Below are positions 15,284-24,373 of a DNA stretch of 64,000 nucleotides, piece by piece. The notes beneath the pieces were generated by a model. It was not told the origin of the DNA, did not search any database, and saw nothing but the letters and a program-made list of their open reading frames with translations. The stretch is taken from the IMG/VR virus record IMGVR_UViG_3300042453_001086, positions 125,883-189,882 of that record, one strand, 5' to 3'. The stretch is from a virus. The translations under genes were made by a program, and so were the position numbers. Position 1 is the first letter of the stretch, and every line of letters begins with the position of its first letter.

Positions 15284-15476
15284 CGAAAACTACTCCATTA
15301 CCTTTACCCTGTAGAGATTTAGCCAACAACTGAGCATAAGAATCCATGTATTCAGAATCAAATGCTAGCATACCACTACTTGTTCTGAGACATTCTCTCA
15401 TTTCTACTAGTTGTTTCCATTCTTGGTCGGTCATGGGGTTTTGGCGAATACCACAGTAATTTATCAGCAAATCCAC
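15270..15476 (-). CDS. hypothetical protein
   Basis: ORF tiling the operon. Confidence 0.6.
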   Translation of the reverse strand: MDLLINYCGIRQNPMTDQEWKQLVEMRECLRTSSGMLAFDSEYMDSYAQLLAKSLQGKGNGVVFDENG

Positions 15477-15531
15477 ACAAATGGGGATTTCTTAATATTC
15501 TCTTTTTCTTTGAGAAACAAAACTTTACAGT

Positions 15532-15699
15532 TTAGATGATTCCCATATATTTTAGATACCTACGATATGCGTGATATCTACCAACTGAAGGTTGCCCAGG
15601 AACATCCAACTGATGACAGATTTCACAATACATCAAAAACTCATACCATGGCGTAGTTTCATCTAGCACATGGTATGGGTATTCTTTAGAGTTTTCCAC
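15532..15699 (-). CDS. hypothetical protein (GTG start)
   Basis: Hand-translated 55 aa ENSKEYPYHVLDETTPWYEFLMYCEICHQL...; fills the operon gap. Confidence 0.6.
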   Translation of the reverse strand: MENSKEYPYHVLDETTPWYEFLMYCEICHQLDVPGQPSVGRYHAYRRYLKYMGII

Positions 15700-15922
15700 C
15701 TACTGTTCCCTCGTATGTTGTGGTAGCAGTCCAGCCTTCTTGGCATCCTTTAAGGTAAAATCTGGTTGCATTAATACAAGTGTCTCGCTGTAATGAGGTG
15801 ATGAGTTCTTTACCCTCTTTGGAAAAACTTCTGAAAGTTTTCCAACGAGTTTCTTCCACACGGAATGCATCATCAATCCATTCATGCTCAGCTATTTCGG
15901 GGTGCTCGTTTGGGTGGTTCAT
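15686..15922 (-). CDS. conserved cyanophage hypothetical protein
   Basis: 78 aa ending YEGTVGGKL. Confidence 0.75.
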   Translation of the reverse strand: MNHPNEHPEIAEHEWIDDAFRVEETRWKTFRSFSKEGKELITSLQRDTCINATRFYLKGCQEGWTATTTYEGTVGGKL

Positions 15923-16248
15923 TCAAACTCTCCAGTGCGGTTTTTGATTGTGCCTGAGTAATATACTCCCGTAAGGTTGGTGTCTCCAACCATTCCCAGA
16001 TTGTGCCGTCTTTCTGGGTATAGGATTTCGGAACTGTTTGGATTTTCATAGATTTCTACCTCAACGTTAATGTCTCTGTCATTCCAGTGTCTCACCACAC
16101 CCGCTACAATAAAAGCATTGGTGATGAGATATGTAGCGAAGATAAAGGTGCGAATGACTGCAACTTTATCTGCTTCGTTATCGCAGTCGCTTGCCTTTTG
16201 CCCCAGTGACTTCGCCCACCAGCGCCACATCATTCGTAGTTGCTTCAT
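15919..16248 (-). CDS. membrane hypothetical protein
   Basis: WAKSLGQKA..ADKVAVIRTFIF..VAGVVRHW. Confidence 0.7.
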   Translation of the reverse strand: MKQLRMMWRWWAKSLGQKASDCDNEADKVAVIRTFIFATYLITNAFIVAGVVRHWNDRDINVEVEIYENPNSSEILYPERRHNLGMVGDTNLTGVYYSGTIKNRTGEFE

Positions 16249-16552
16249 ACTGTGTTACTTTGTATCGTGTGATATGTTTGTGAAAGTGGTCGTAGCATTG
16301 AAACCAACAAGTTTTCTTGTCGTTACCGTCTTTGTATTCTAGGCGAATAGGGAATCCAGTGTGAGGAAACTTATCAGGGTCATTGCTAAGTTTAAGACTA
16401 CATCCCTGTTGGGTAACGGTAGGGGTCTTTGTATCCTTCTTCTGTTTTGTTAGTTTCCCCCAGTTTTGATCCGTTTCCGCTTTGACGGTAGAGCGGGTAC
16501 TCTTGGCAGGCTTCGTAGCAGGCGTCATAGAAACTTTTTTCGGCATAACCAC
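16178..16552 (-). CDS. hypothetical protein (start uncertain, probably near 16390)
   Basis: C-terminal FPIRLEYKDG..KTCWFQC; the N-terminal part overlaps the next gene. Confidence 0.5.
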   Translation of the reverse strand: MVMPKKVSMTPATKPAKSTRSTVKAETDQNWGKLTKQKKDTKTPTVTQQGCSLKLSNDPDKFPHTGFPIRLEYKDGNDKKTCWFQCYDHFHKHITRYKVTQYEATTNDVALVGEVTGAKGKRLR

Positions 16553-16700
16553 ATCCTAACATGAAAGATTTAAAAATGTCAAGCAACTCGTGTGCATCAA
16601 GGTCTGAGCAATCAGTTTTGATTGTCAGTGTCTTGGATGGGTAGCGTTCACCCATGCACACCAGTTCATCGCTTTTGTAAGTGAAAGTCGTTGTGCTCAT
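16398..16700 (-). CDS. hypothetical protein
   Basis: 100-aa ORF tiling the operon. Confidence 0.65.
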   Translation of the reverse strand: MSTTTFTYKSDELVCMGERYPSKTLTIKTDCSDLDAHELLDIFKSFMLGCGYAEKSFYDACYEACQEYPLYRQSGNGSKLGETNKTEEGYKDPYRYPTGM

Positions 16701-17092
16701 CGCCCTGTCACATCCTCATAATCTTGTAGTTTACCATACTTGAAGTGCAAACGCAAGCGCGGCCAGTCTTCCCACGCTCCCTTCCATCCTTCGGGATGGA
16801 TTTCAATATACTTTGTCAGATAGTGTGGTTGATACCTACCATGCTCACCAGTTGGCATCCATTCGTGGTTTCCCCATTTAATGTTAGGGTCATATCGTGG
16901 GTCATCCTCTTCAAATACTTCAAATGTATGTGTGCCAACGTAACTTGGATACCACAAAAGACCATTGGGGTCTAACCAATAGTCAGTCATTGTGCCACCA
17001 ATACCATCTTCAATATCTTTGGTTTGGCACACCACATTTGTAAACTGCTCACCCAAATCATACGATGAGCGAAAGTAATCAAACATTCCCAT
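16697..17092 (-). CDS. conserved phage hypothetical protein
   Basis: MGMFDY..QTKDI motif. Confidence 0.75.
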   Translation of the reverse strand: MGMFDYFRSSYDLGEQFTNVVCQTKDIEDGIGGTMTDYWLDPNGLLWYPSYVGTHTFEVFEEDDPRYDPNIKWGNHEWMPTGEHGRYQPHYLTKYIEIHPEGWKGAWEDWPRLRLHFKYGKLQDYEDVTGR

Positions 17093-17354
17093 GTTTCTCT
17101 ACCGTAGCCCTCCAGAAATCAGATGTCATGTTATTCGACCCAGTTACTTTAGCAACGATGATGCCATCAATCAACGCCACAAGCGTTGGTGTAGCTTCAA
17201 CACCACAATCAGTAGCAAATTGTGTCCACTGTTTGCCCTCTTTAGCATTGGTGATGGTGACAACATTCTCCCATCCTTCTACCTTATTCAGTTGTGTTTC
17301 GGCATACATGCAAGGTCTACAACCTTCCTGCACGAATAAATGAATCTCGGTCAT
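17079..17354 (-). CDS. thioredoxin/glutaredoxin-like protein
   Basis: GCRPC motif and cis-Pro TPTLV. Confidence 0.75.
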   Translation of the reverse strand: MTEIHLFVQEGCRPCMYAETQLNKVEGWENVVTITNAKEGKQWTQFATDCGVEATPTLVALIDGIIVAKVTGSNNMTSDFWRATVEKHGNV

Positions 17355-17536
17355 GTCGTTGTCATCCTAAGTTTGTTGAAACTATCTATAAAGGTTTCCC
17401 AACCTTCATCCAGTTGTTTCTCCGCCCAACCCCATGCACCGTGCTCCATACCATCAATCTGAGCACAATCAATCTCACTTTTGATTAGATCGCGCAACAT
17501 TTCTACTTGCTCTTTAGTCATTCTGTTTGCTCCCAA
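17351..17536 (-). CDS. hypothetical protein
   Basis: ORF tiling the operon. Confidence 0.6.
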   Translation of the reverse strand: MGANRMTKEQVEMLRDLIKSEIDCAQIDGMEHGAWGWAEKQLDEGWETFIDSFNKLRMTTT

Positions 17537-17829
17537 AGTTTTTCACGCATCATTCTAACACATTTATCCCACTGCATCGTAGAATATGAAGGTCGTGGGT
17601 CTTCCTTCGGCAACCATCGCTCCACTGCCTCTACAATCTCATCACACATATCAATAGAGAATCCTAGCTCATGTCGCATGACATTCCACAGCGATGGTGG
17701 GCGCTTGAAATGTTTATCAAGTAGTTTATCAAGGTCAAATACACCATCTTCCTTTGCTTGTTTCATAGCATTACGCAGACCTTCATCTACTTGCTCTGGT
17801 GTTTGTGGTGTTGGTTGATATTCAGTCAT
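17518..17829 (-). CDS. hypothetical protein
   Basis: ORF tiling the operon. Confidence 0.65.
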   Translation of the reverse strand: MTEYQPTPQTPEQVDEGLRNAMKQAKEDGVFDLDKLLDKHFKRPPSLWNVMRHELGFSIDMCDEIVEAVERWLPKEDPRPSYSTMQWDKCVRMMREKLWEQTE

Positions 17830-17989
17830 CGGATTCCAGTGTCAAAGAGTTTTTTAAGTTCGTGGTAGACAAGCACTAAATCTCGGTCGGTAGATAGGTG
17901 ACCGCAATCCTTTGCTCCTCGTAAAAACTCATAGAGCTCTTTTGCTTGTTGCTCTGTGAGTGTGAGTTTGTAGTTTTTTTGGATTTCAA

Positions 17990-18217
17990 TCATTTTCTAT
18001 CACCCCATAGTTGTTCAAAATACTTACCATCTCTACCACAATACATCTCAAAATGTCTGGCATCTTTACAACTTTCACTTTTTTTGTCTCCCGTCACCAA
18101 ATCACCAGTTATGATTGGATTATAACATCTATCAAGTGAGTTGTTCCCAAAAAGATGACCCAACCAACTTTTCTTATAATAGAGACAATCTTTACATAGT
18201 TTGCGTTTTTCAGTCAT
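17990..18217 (-). CDS. Cys-rich hypothetical protein
   Basis: CKDC..C..C..CG. Confidence 0.65.
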   Translation of the reverse strand: MTEKRKLCKDCLYYKKSWLGHLFGNNSLDRCYNPIITGDLVTGDKKSESCKDARHFEMYCGRDGKYFEQLWGDRK

Positions 18218-18396
18218 AAAATGTAAGGTTGCTGGGGGTCTTCATACCATGTTTCATTATAGCACAACCACGGCTCTTCTTTGTGCGTCATTTGTGCCAT
18301 CCAATGCTGCCCGTTTTCATCAATCGCATCCAAGTAATGAATGCGCGTCTTAGGGTCAATCGTGCGAGTGATTGAAACAAACTTTACTTTACTCAT
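18214..18396 (-). CDS. hypothetical protein
   Basis: ORF tiling the operon. Confidence 0.65.
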   Translation of the reverse strand: MSKVKFVSITRTIDPKTRIHYLDAIDENGQHWMAQMTHKEEPWLCYNETWYEDPQQPYIL

Positions 18397-18616
18397 GTCT
18401 CACAAACTCCTTGTATTCAGGGATTTTACCACAAATGTTGTCGGCATAGCTGGGAGAGTCGCCTTTCATCATCATCCGACACTCCATGTTTTTAGCATAT
18501 GCTTCTTGGAATACTTGGTTTTGTTTGAGACCAAACAATCCAATCCCACCAAAGAAAAGCAGTGGGAAAACAACAATGGCAATCAGAAAAATCAAACCTT
18601 CTTCACTAAAACGCAT
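18389..18616 (-). CDS. membrane hypothetical protein
   Basis: N-terminal TM helix. Confidence 0.65.
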   Translation of the reverse strand: MRFSEEGLIFLIAIVVFPLLFFGGIGLFGLKQNQVFQEAYAKNMECRMMMKGDSPSYADNICGKIPEYKEFVRHE

Positions 18617-18905
18617 ACTTAGCCTCCGTTTCTTTCATACGCAGCAGGAATCCATCATCACCAATGTCACCACTGTAGAGATAGTCAATGTGCTTCATAA
18701 TCTCTGCCATCTTACGCAGTTTGGGAATCTGCTCCTGTAAAACATCAATCACATCAGGGTCATGGTTGGGATACCATTCATAACCATATGTGCGGTCTTC
18801 ATCCCTAGCCTTACCATTATTCTCAATCTCTACTTCCAACTCATCAGCAAACTGTGATACCTTGTAGTAATCGTAACCACAATCTCCAAAGTGTCCACCG
18901 CTCAT
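18606..18905 (-). CDS. conserved phage hypothetical protein
   Basis: MSGGHF..LYSGDIG motif. Confidence 0.75.
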   Translation of the reverse strand: MSGGHFGDCGYDYYKVSQFADELEVEIENNGKARDEDRTYGYEWYPNHDPDVIDVLQEQIPKLRKMAEIMKHIDYLYSGDIGDDGFLLRMKETEAKYAF

Positions 18906-19114
18906 TTTACTGCCTCCAGTTCATCAAGTTTTTCATTTACAAAACCAGTCATATCAATCGTGCGAGGATCTACACCTTCATCAAGGCAATCAAGGTGAAA
19001 CTCCATCACAGCACCAAGGATCAGACAAGCACGGCGTTTGTCATGCTCAGTGATAGTTGTGTGTGGCATCGCAACATAGTTGACAATGTGCTCGTAGAGT
19101 TGGTCGTAAGTCAT
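18902..19114 (-). CDS. hypothetical protein
   Basis: ORF tiling the operon. Confidence 0.65.
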   Translation of the reverse strand: MTYDQLYEHIVNYVAMPHTTITEHDKRRACLILGAVMEFHLDCLDEGVDPRTIDMTGFVNEKLDELEAVK

Positions 19115-19395
19115 TATTCTTGGGGAGTTTGATTAGGAACTGGAGGTGGTGGTGCTACAGGTGGTAGTGTAACAGGTTGCGGTTGGGGAGCGGGGATTGT
19201 TACAGGAGTTGTAGCCTTCTGCTCCAACTCAGAAATCTTTTTCTGTAAATCAGTGATATGCTGCTCGTATGTATTATTAACTTCTTCTGCTGGTTTTGTT
19301 TGGTTTTCATTTGCCAGTTTCCAACCAGCAGCACCAGCAGCAAAGATACTTGCGAGAGCAGCAAATACAGAAACAGTCTTAGAAAAACTCATCAA
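19114..19395 (-). CDS. membrane-anchored Pro-rich protein
   Basis: TM helix, coiled coil, Pro-rich tail. Confidence 0.7.
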   Translation of the reverse strand: MMSFSKTVSVFAALASIFAAGAAGWKLANENQTKPAEEVNNTYEQHITDLQKKISELEQKATTPVTIPAPQPQPVTLPPVAPPPPVPNQTPQE

Positions 19396-19567
19396 TAATC
19401 TTCCTCGTCAAAGGTAAAGTATTCGTAGATTTGAGACATTACGGCGTCTTCAATCCGCTCTATAATAGCACCTTCACAAGGATTCTCAACGTGTTTGTGT
19501 GCTAATGCATACCCACGACGCACACCTTCTTCGATTGCCATTTCAAGAATCACACGGGTTTTAGGTT

Positions 19568-19828
19568 TCATTCTTCATCCTCCACAGGAAACATTGTAGC
19601 ATACTCTTCATCAGTGACAGTGAGAATCTCTAAGGTGCCATTCTCAGTTGCCTCCGTGATTTCTTCATCATACATCACAAAGTAGCGAGCAAACTCGTGT
19701 AAACTGGTGCTGCCAAACTCAACAACACCATCAATCAGACAAAGGTAGTTCATTTCAGTTCTGGTGTTGTTTAAGGTGAAGTTGGATACATTCCATAACA
19801 TCATCAAGTGTAGAAGCACTACCATCAT
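19568..19828 (-). CDS. hypothetical protein (start probably MNYLCL)
   Basis: ORF tiling the operon. Confidence 0.55.
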   Translation of the reverse strand: MMVVLLHLMMLWNVSNFTLNNTRTEMNYLCLIDGVVEFGSTSLHEFARYFVMYDEEITEATENGTLEILTVTDEEYATMFPVEDEE

Positions 19829-19924
19829 AGTAGTAATCCATATTGATTACATCTGTGACTTTGAGTTTGTAATAAAAATCTCCATCAGATGAATACTGAT
19901 GAATGATGATGTCAGTTTCGTAGC

Positions 19925-20161
19925 TCACAAGATTACATCCTTGATTTCAGTGATAACTTCCCAGTGTGCGTCAGCTTTGTCACCGAAGCGATTGCTACCA
20001 GTGCGAGTGCTGACCCAGAAGAAGTATTTGCGGTTTTCGGCAGCAAGGAATAACTCACCGCCAGTATCCTGCTCTACAACACAAACAGGATTGCCTTCCA
20101 TTGTGTTAGCAAGACGATTCTTTGCCTTGCTACTTTTAGGTTTTACAATAACCTTCCTCAT
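19925..20161 (-). CDS. conserved cyanophage hypothetical protein
   Basis: VKPKSSKAKNRLANTMEGNPVCVVEQ. Confidence 0.75.
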   Translation of the reverse strand: MRKVIVKPKSSKAKNRLANTMEGNPVCVVEQDTGGELFLAAENRKYFFWVSTRTGSNRFGDKADAHWEVITEIKDVIL

Positions 20162-20352
20162 TTACCAGCGATGAGAGCGAGAATGACAAAGATAACAAGG
20201 AAAGCGAGAGCAATCAGGGCACTAATCCACAGCGGCGACAGCACCCACACCCACGTCCAAGTAATATGACCCGTGAGTTTCAGACCGACAAACAGGACGG
20301 TCAGAAGACCAGGAAAACCGATACCGCTGGAGGAAGAAGAGGAGCTAGACAT
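20158..20352 (-). CDS. small phage membrane protein
   Basis: GLLTVLFVGLKLTGHITWTWVWVLSPLWI; promoter TTGACA-17-TATATT at 20377-20405 fixes the start. Confidence 0.75.
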   Translation of the reverse strand: MSSSSSSSSGIGFPGLLTVLFVGLKLTGHITWTWVWVLSPLWISALIALAFLVIFVILALIAGK

Positions 20353-20422
20353 GGCGTGTCTTTCGTTGATGTATGTAATATAACACCCCTCAACGGCGCT
20401 GTCAAGGGGTGATTGATAAGTG

Positions 20423-20971
20423 TTACGGATACTTGCCGACGATACCAATAGTATATCTTATCTGTCCACCAAATCCCGTGAATGATGTGTCAACGTCTGC
20501 TCGAATGTCAGATACTACTGCTCTTCCATTAGCAATATCTTCCAATACTTTGAGGAAATGTTTCTCCATTTCTGTTGTTGGTTTAGGAAAAGCAAAACAT
20601 GTTGATACTGAAGTTTTGTTGATTACTTTATCTGCACTGATGTAGTCGCCATTGATAATCATTTTACCATTCTCTACCTTGCCAGTAGGAATGACAACAT
20701 CATCTATACCATTAGAAATAGAAAGCTCATTGGTAGCAGCATTGAATGTTAGTTGCCCTTGAGGTTGAGCAGCAATAGATGTATAACTAGGTGATAATGT
20801 AATCCCATTGTGGGGATTCATTGTGATAATATCATCTGCCATACCTCCACGCAGACCAGATAAAAAACTATCTCTAAACTCATCAATGGTTGGTTTTTTT
20901 TCTTCTACGACTTCCTCTTCTTTCTTCTCACCGTAGATTTCTTCGTATTTGTCAAGTAATGGATTACTCAT
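20423..20971 (-). CDS. hypothetical protein
   Basis: 182-aa ORF. Confidence 0.7.
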   Translation of the reverse strand: MSNPLLDKYEEIYGEKKEEEVVEEKKPTIDEFRDSFLSGLRGGMADDIITMNPHNGITLSPSYTSIAAQPQGQLTFNAATNELSISNGIDDVVIPTGKVENGKMIINGDYISADKVINKTSVSTCFAFPKPTTEMEKHFLKVLEDIANGRAVVSDIRADVDTSFTGFGGQIRYTIGIVGKYP

Positions 20972-21174
20972 TTCTTTTTCTTCCTGTCAATAACTTCTAC
21001 ATGGGTAACATATCCTGCTGGAACTTGCATCCAACGTGCTGTAACTTCATCATACCATTCGTATGTTTCTACTTTACCACTGGCATAGAATAGTTTGTAT
21101 TTGTGTCTGTCGTATGGTTTATAACAGCTCTGTGAAAAGTATTCTGGTGATGATTTAGGAATCAGTTGTGTCAT
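20968..21174 (-). CDS. hypothetical protein
   Basis: KPYDRHKYKL motif; tiles the operon. Confidence 0.7.
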   Translation of the reverse strand: MTQLIPKSSPEYFSQSCYKPYDRHKYKLFYASGKVETYEWYDEVTARWMQVPAGYVTHVEVIDRKKKK

Positions 21175-21446
21175 AGATATGAATCTCCACGATGGTATCT
21201 ATCAAAGTTGCGTGGCGAGAATGTTAGAAAATCACAGCGAATCTCAAACCACTTCCAGCGGAATGAGAATCCTGTGAGTGAGCGACTACCGAAGCTAATC
21301 AGTAGCATTGGGAATATTTCTGTGGCAGGGTATTCATCCCACTGAATAGTCATATCCAACAGTGCAAAGTGTGGATATGCTGAGAGCAGTTGGAAATACC
21401 ATTCATGCCCGTAATCTTCGTAGTGTGCTGCGTCAAATAGTTTCAT
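21171..21446 (-). CDS. hypothetical protein
   Basis: EDYGHEWYFQ motif; tiles the operon. Confidence 0.7.
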   Translation of the reverse strand: MKLFDAAHYEDYGHEWYFQLLSAYPHFALLDMTIQWDEYPATEIFPMLLISFGSRSLTGFSFRWKWFEIRCDFLTFSPRNFDRYHRGDSYL

Positions 21447-21691
21447 TCTGCTAACCTCAGTTTACGCTCTGGTGAAGGAATGTGTATACGATATGCGTCA
21501 TCGTATGGGTAGACGTATTCATAATACCAACCAACATTAATGGTTTCCCAAAACTCTCCATAACCCCATTCATCGCCAGCATTGTAGGCATCAACGGCAG
21601 AGCAGATATAGTGGAATCCTTCGAGGAAGTCATCCCACTTAGATTCTTTAAACCTCATCCCATTCCTCGTATCTGGTATTGATTTTACCAC
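21443..21691 (-). CDS. hypothetical protein
   Basis: ORF tiling the operon. Confidence 0.65.
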   Translation of the reverse strand: MVKSIPDTRNGMRFKESKWDDFLEGFHYICSAVDAYNAGDEWGYGEFWETINVGWYYEYVYPYDDAYRIHIPSPERKLRLAE

Positions 21692-21875
21692 AGTTGTTGA
21701 AGATATTCAAGTGCCCTGTGCGACCATCCTCAAAATAGAATGCCATCCACACATGCTCGCCTTCATCCATCACCTCATAGTGGTAGGATTTGATATTATC
21801 AAGCAGAAACTCGTCTGGGTTGAATAGTGTTTTGTCGTCCATTATGAATAGTTGAAGTAAAAGTGTGTTTCCCAA
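21648..21875 (-). CDS. hypothetical protein
   Basis: ORF tiling the operon. Confidence 0.6.
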   Translation of the reverse strand: MGNTLLLQLFIMDDKTLFNPDEFLLDNIKSYHYEVMDEGEHVWMAFYFEDGRTGHLNIFNNCGKINTRYEEWDEV

Positions 21876-22252
21876 TCAAGTGCTGGTTGGTCTCTACGCT
21901 CAATCATCTTTACAATATATGATGGAATCAGATTAGCATACTGAGTCATAAATTCTTCTTGTGTAGGCTGTGTTAGACCATAAATGTAATGGTCGGCACC
22001 CTCACCAATAAACTTAACAAACCTCTCAAGGTCGTAATCTTTACCATTATGTAAATCGTAGTTACGACATACTTTCAACCAGAAAGACATACCCTCTCCA
22101 GTGGCAAAGTATTCAATCGCAAAGAAACGATAGAATGGTCGCTCAGTTTTAGCGAGCTTTTCTAGTGCTGGTTTATACTCTTCGATTGCTTCTTTAGCAA
22201 TGTTGATTGCTTCGCGTTTTGCTGCTTCTTCAAGCATTTCTTCGTGTGTCAT
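21842..22252 (-). CDS. hypothetical protein
   Basis: ORF tiling the operon. Confidence 0.65.
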   Translation of the reverse strand: MTHEEMLEEAAKREAINIAKEAIEEYKPALEKLAKTERPFYRFFAIEYFATGEGMSFWLKVCRNYDLHNGKDYDLERFVKFIGEGADHYIYGLTQPTQEEFMTQYANLIPSYIVKMIERRDQPALDWETHFYFNYS

Positions 22253-22529
22253 GTGTCACCTCAAAACATACTGAGTTAAACTTACCTTTGACTCCTCTGA
22301 GTTCTATTTTAGTGTGTTGAGAATGAACGTAAACATGCTCAACGTAGTATTTGTCGCCTACTATTAGGATACCAGTGGGGTCATCGTTAGACCCCCATCT
22401 TACCTGCTCTATAGTGCATCCGAGATACTTTACTGTATTTCCTACTTTGATTCTATCCATTGCTGCCCACCCTAGATTAGGCCAAGTATCTCTATATATT
22501 TGATTGAGACGCTCGTTGTCATAATACAT
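22230..22529 (-). CDS. hypothetical protein
   Basis: QVRWGSNDDP motif; tiles the operon. Confidence 0.7.
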   Translation of the reverse strand: MYYDNERLNQIYRDTWPNLGWAAMDRIKVGNTVKYLGCTIEQVRWGSNDDPTGILIVGDKYYVEHVYVHSQHTKIELRGVKGKFNSVCFEVTHDTRRNA

Positions 22530-22530
22530 G

Positions 22531-23385
22531 TTAGGAATACAACAAAATCTCGGTAGCGGGTTTAGCAGCGTATCCAGTACTGGTTTTCTTACGACGACCA
22601 GCAGTATATGTCACAGGAAATCTAGTAATGTTTAGGTCACCTTTCCTATCATCAAAAAATGTAGATCCATCACAACGGTTGCATAGAAGAACATGACCAT
22701 CAATGCTTTTGGCATGTTCTATCAGTTCTTCAGTCTCTGTATCACCCCAGCTCGTACCATACTTAGTAAAACTATCACGATATGGTGGGTCAAAATAGTT
22801 TAAATCTCCAGTGGGGCAGTCTTTGTAATCACCACAATAGATCTCTACATTTTGCAACAACTCATGCCAAGCATATACCATTGCTTTATCATAGACTACA
22901 TCTTTTTGATTCAATAGTCCTGCAGGAGTACCATATCTACCGTTAGTATTTTTATTGATCTGCCAGATGCCATTGAAACCTGTTTTCATCAGGAAATACA
23001 GTACTCCCGCTTCAAACTCTTTAGACCAAAACTTGTAATCATATGCATGAGTTTGACGAACTTCAAAAAAGTATTTCTTTCTATCTTCTTTAGACATAGG
23101 AATATACTTGCTCTGAAAAACATCTACAACATTGCAAAACTCATCTGGAGATTGTTTTACCGTTCGGTAAATATTTACAACACTTTCGTTGATATCATTG
23201 ATATATGCCCGTTCGGGATTATACTTCTGCATAACGTGCAGAAACATAGCACCACCACCAAAGAACGGTTCAGAATAACTGTTGACCGTTGATGGTAAAT
23301 GTGGTGCATGGTATTTGAGCATTTTGGTTTTGCCACCTGCCCATATGAAAAGTGGTTTTAGTTTAGGCATCTTGACTGTCGCCAT
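22531..23385 (-). CDS. Dam-family (D12 class) N6-adenine DNA methyltransferase with divergent target-recognition residues
   Basis: WAGGK, EPFFGGG, NDIN, GFNGIWQIN, DPPY; promoter TTGACA-18-TATCAT at 23396-23425. Confidence 0.92.
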   Translation of the reverse strand: MATVKMPKLKPLFIWAGGKTKMLKYHAPHLPSTVNSYSEPFFGGGAMFLHVMQKYNPERAYINDINESVVNIYRTVKQSPDEFCNVVDVFQSKYIPMSKEDRKKYFFEVRQTHAYDYKFWSKEFEAGVLYFLMKTGFNGIWQINKNTNGRYGTPAGLLNQKDVVYDKAMVYAWHELLQNVEIYCGDYKDCPTGDLNYFDPPYRDSFTKYGTSWGDTETEELIEHAKSIDGHVLLCNRCDGSTFFDDRKGDLNITRFPVTYTAGRRKKTSTGYAAKPATEILLYS

Positions 23386-23635
23386 AAGTAGGTGGATGAT
23401 ACTTCAAATACTCAAAGAATGTCAACTTCATTTCTTTTTGTGTCATACCGCAATGTTTAGCAGCTGCAGGAAGTGTCATTTTAGACTGAAACAGTCCTTC
23501 GTTTGCTTCTTTTACATTCTCTGGTGTAGTCTTTACAGGGATTTCGTATAAATCTACTTTATTGATTTTTAGAAGACTCATCTTTCCACTTATCAAGGGT
23601 ATCAAAGAGTTGGTCAACAGATTTGAGTTTGTCAA
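23363..23635 (-). CDS. hypothetical protein with HTH-like segment
   Basis: MTLPAAAKHCGMTQKEMKLTFFEYL. Confidence 0.55.
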   Translation of the reverse strand: MTNSNLLTNSLIPLISGKMSLLKINKVDLYEIPVKTTPENVKEANEGLFQSKMTLPAAAKHCGMTQKEMKLTFFEYLKYHPPTYGDSQDA

Positions 23636-23765
23636 TACTACACATTAAATCTGCAATACCTTGGTTTACCATAGGGCGTTCATTTCGCGCTGCATATGCA
23701 AGTGCATTACGCAACGCTGCTTGAGCTTCATCAAGCGATTCTTCTACTTGTTTAGATAATGTCAT
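23559..23765 (-). CDS. hypothetical protein
   Basis: ORF tiling the operon. Confidence 0.7.
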   Translation of the reverse strand: MTLSKQVEESLDEAQAALRNALAYAARNERPMVNQGIADLMCSIDKLKSVDQLFDTLDKWKDESSKNQ

Positions 23766-23950
23766 TAGTCAGTTGCTCTCCATTGTGATACTTTGGTGCG
23801 AACAGTTTGAAACTCTTCTACATGCTGCAGAATACGATGTGCCGCTTCCTTTGCAGTCTCTTGGTCGTCTTCATTCCAACTGGAAACTTCAGTCCACACA
23901 TAGTAGATTTCATCAACGATAGAATCAATCAGTTTGTCATAGTGGGTCAT
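23765..23950 (-). CDS. hypothetical protein
   Basis: ORF tiling the operon. Confidence 0.7.
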   Translation of the reverse strand: MTHYDKLIDSIVDEIYYVWTEVSSWNEDDQETAKEAAHRILQHVEEFQTVRTKVSQWRATD

Positions 23951-24072
23951 TTGATTACCTCCAGTTGACGCTTGAGCGCCTGCTTACGAGCTTTTGCCTG
24001 ACGCAACATCTGAGGTTTCAGAGTGCGTTTGGCATCCTTCTTAGAGTGGTGCTGCCAGTTGGGCGTGGTCAT
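23947..24072 (-). CDS. small basic protein
   Basis: MTTPNWQHHSKKDAKRTLKPQMLRQAKARKQALKRQLEVIK. Confidence 0.7.
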   Translation of the reverse strand: MTTPNWQHHSKKDAKRTLKPQMLRQAKARKQALKRQLEVIK

Positions 24073-24076
24073 TGTT

Positions 24077-24310
24077 CTACTCGAAAGTGGGGCAAGTGAA
24101 ATAAGAAAGATCATCGCCTTGCTCTGCAGTTCCCCATTCTTGGAACTCTTGAACCAGGGCAAAAATATCAGCATCACGACCTCCTTCTTTGTCAAGGATT
24201 TCGAAGCGATTCTCAATATATTCAAGAATGTTTTCGACAACAGTTTCAACGTCATCCGATTCAATCATCGGAACAACGCCGTCGTCGCCGTAGTCTTGGA
24301 TGCCGAGCAT
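24077..24310 (-). CDS. acidic hypothetical protein
   Basis: Start MLGIQDY fixed by promoter TTGACA-17-TACAGT at 24336-24364. Confidence 0.7.
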   Translation of the reverse strand: MLGIQDYGDDGVVPMIESDDVETVVENILEYIENRFEILDKEGGRDADIFALVQEFQEWGTAEQGDDLSYFTCPTFE

Positions 24311-24373
24311 GGGGGGTCTTTTCGAGTACAGAGTCACTGTAGCATCCCCAGCACCCGTTGTCAAGCCCCTATG

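Noticed and set aside
15690-15699. DnaA box-like GTTTTCCACC
   Set aside because: A single mismatched copy at a gene start, unlike the intergenic clusters
22531-23385. Ordinary GATC Dam
   Set aside because: Not excluded, since GATC is abundant, but the K9 and R124 equivalents are not conserved, so the default label was not accepted
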